From the NCBI RefSeq assembly GCF_947568905.1, contig NC_079169.1, positions 88,846,001-88,910,000 on the forward strand: a stretch of 64,000 bases of DNA. Direction: 5' to 3'. The position numbers and the translations under genes are program-made. A model generated the notes under the pieces. The model was not told the DNA's origin, did not search any database, and saw only the letters and a program-made list of their open reading frames with translations. Of the stretch, positions 62,348 to 64,000 are shown piece by piece (the stretch's first letter is position 1; each line of letters starts with the position of its first letter). This stretch comes from Ostrea edulis (taxonomy: Eukaryota).

Positions 62348-63773
62348 CAGTCTATGTGAAAGTTTTTTGGACCACACAGGACATTCGGTCATCAATGAAC
62401 ACACCGGACCGAACCAAATTTTGTCAGACCGAAAAACCTAATGTTAAAAAGTGAAACCCATGAAAATGTAAAACCAAGAAAATCTTATTTATTATACTAG
62501 TAATACTATACCAGGGATCCTTCCCGCATAATATTTTAGATGGTCCATGCGGTTTAATAACAGTCATTTACGTATTAGGATTTGTGTGATATTTTTAGCC
62601 GAGTTGCAACAAAGTTGAACTCGGCTATTGGTTTGGTGATGCAGGCGGGCGGGCGGTTGGGCGTCAACAATTGGTTACCGGATGATAACTCGAAAAGTTT
62701 ACAATCTAATCAAATGAAACTTGATATATTGTTGGGTACCAGGTAAGGAAGACCCCTATTAATTCTGGAGAAAAATGGTCAAAGGTCAAGGTCACAGTGA
62801 CCGAAAATAAAATGAAAATTTCAGAAAAATTTGGTTTCCGGATGATAACTCAGAAATTTTAAGTCCGAATCAAATGAAACTTTGATATATTGTTGGGTAC
62901 CAGGTAAGAAAGACCCCTATTAATTCTGGAGAAAAGTGGTCAAAGGTCAAGGTCACAGTGACCGAATATAGAATGAAAATTTCAGAAATATTTGGTTTCC
63001 GGATGATAACTCAGAAATTTTAAGTCCGAATCAAATGAAACTTTGATATATTGTTGGGTACCTGGTAAGAAAGACCTCTATTAATTGTGGAGAAAAGTGG
63101 TCAAAGGTCAAGGTCACAGTGACCGAATATAGAATGAAAATTTCAGAAATATTTGGTTTCCAGATGATAACTGAGAAAGTTTAAATCCGAATCAAATGAT
63201 ACTTAAAGATATTGTTATGTATCAGGTAAGGAAGACCCCTATTTATTTTGGAGAAAATAGATCAAAGGTCAAGGTCACTGACCGAAAATAGATTTAAAAT
63301 TCCAAAAAATTTTGGTTTCAAGAGGATAACTCGAAAATTTTTAATTTGAATCAATTGAACTTGGATATATTGTTGGATACCAGCAAAGCAAGGCCCCTAT
63401 TGATTTTGGAAATAAAAGGTCAAAGGTCAAGGTCACAGTGACCGAAAATAGATTGAAAACTTTAGACAAATATGATTTCTGGACAGTAACTCGAAAAGTT
63501 TAAAACTGAAATTAGTTCTTCACAATTATAAATATGCCACATCATTCCTGACTTTACAATGTATCCCATGCAACTTAGCTCATGCACCCCTGGGTGCATA
63601 TATTGATTTTTTACTTATAACAAACATTTAAATGACTCCGCGTCAAAATAATAAAGCTCAAAACCTGACAGTGAGACATCGGACATTCCGGTCCGGTGTA
63701 AAAAATGACACATCGGACCTGAGGAACTGCACATTGGTCAGGTTCGATGGTCCGATGTCTTTCGCATAGACTG
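62348..63773. mobile_element. MITE with TIR CAGTCTATG(C/T)GAAAG (paralog of 14197-14608) with nested HINE
   Basis: AGTAATG duplicated at 62341-62347 and 63774-63780. Confidence 0.85.
62594..63610 (+). mobile_element. Helentron-associated HINE with ~160-bp internal tandem repeats
   Basis: 5' TTTAGCCGAGTTGCAACAAAGTTGAACTCGGCTA subterminal inverted repeat; about 5.5 units of 159-161 bp; 3' hairpin ATGCACCCCTGGGTGCAT; inserted in a T run. Confidence 0.8.
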
Positions 63774-64000
63774 AGTAATGCCTTGTAAAGGAGTATAGCG
63801 CACTTGGTATGCAATTTCGCTTACATAAATACTTTTTTCTTGAATATCATTTTTTACAAATATTCTGCTATACAATGTCAGTTTATACTTGTGTTCACCC
63901 AAATTACTCAATAAAGATATCTATATGTTGATAGTATCTTTATTTGATAGGCATAAACATCACCGTGATTATATAGAGTATATAGTAGATGTAACGTAAT

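Overview
Eukaryotic, AT-rich, intron-containing genomic DNA. The repeat families and the C1q-domain gene point to a bivalve, probably an oyster (inference). Five spliced protein-coding genes were reconstructed by hand from GT-AG junctions with consistent phases: DRC1 (-, 20 exons, 733 aa), head-to-head with RPL11 (+, 6 exons, 181 aa); a secreted coiled-coil/C1q-domain gene (-, 2 exons, about 341 aa); MTHFSD (-, 9 coding exons, 528 aa); and HMGCL (+, first 7 exons, running off the window). Introns and intergenic DNA are packed with minisatellites, tRNA-derived SINEs, MITEs with recognisable target-site duplications (TSDs) and Helentron/HINE-type elements. Four observations stand out. (1) Many intronic tandem arrays start at splice sites and multiply the splice site itself; a 36-bp in-frame array gives MTHFSD seven equivalent donors, while out-of-frame arrays in DRC1, MTHFSD and HMGCL create stop-containing decoys. 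(2) A 366-bp miniature LTR element (TRIM) has tRNA-like Pol III promoters in its LTRs, and a related solo LTR is present. (3) Three unrelated 64-87-bp hairpin transposons have perfect 9-bp TSDs. (4) An RTE LINE retains both ends but lacks its middle. No databases or tools were used; all family names are from recognition and need confirmation.
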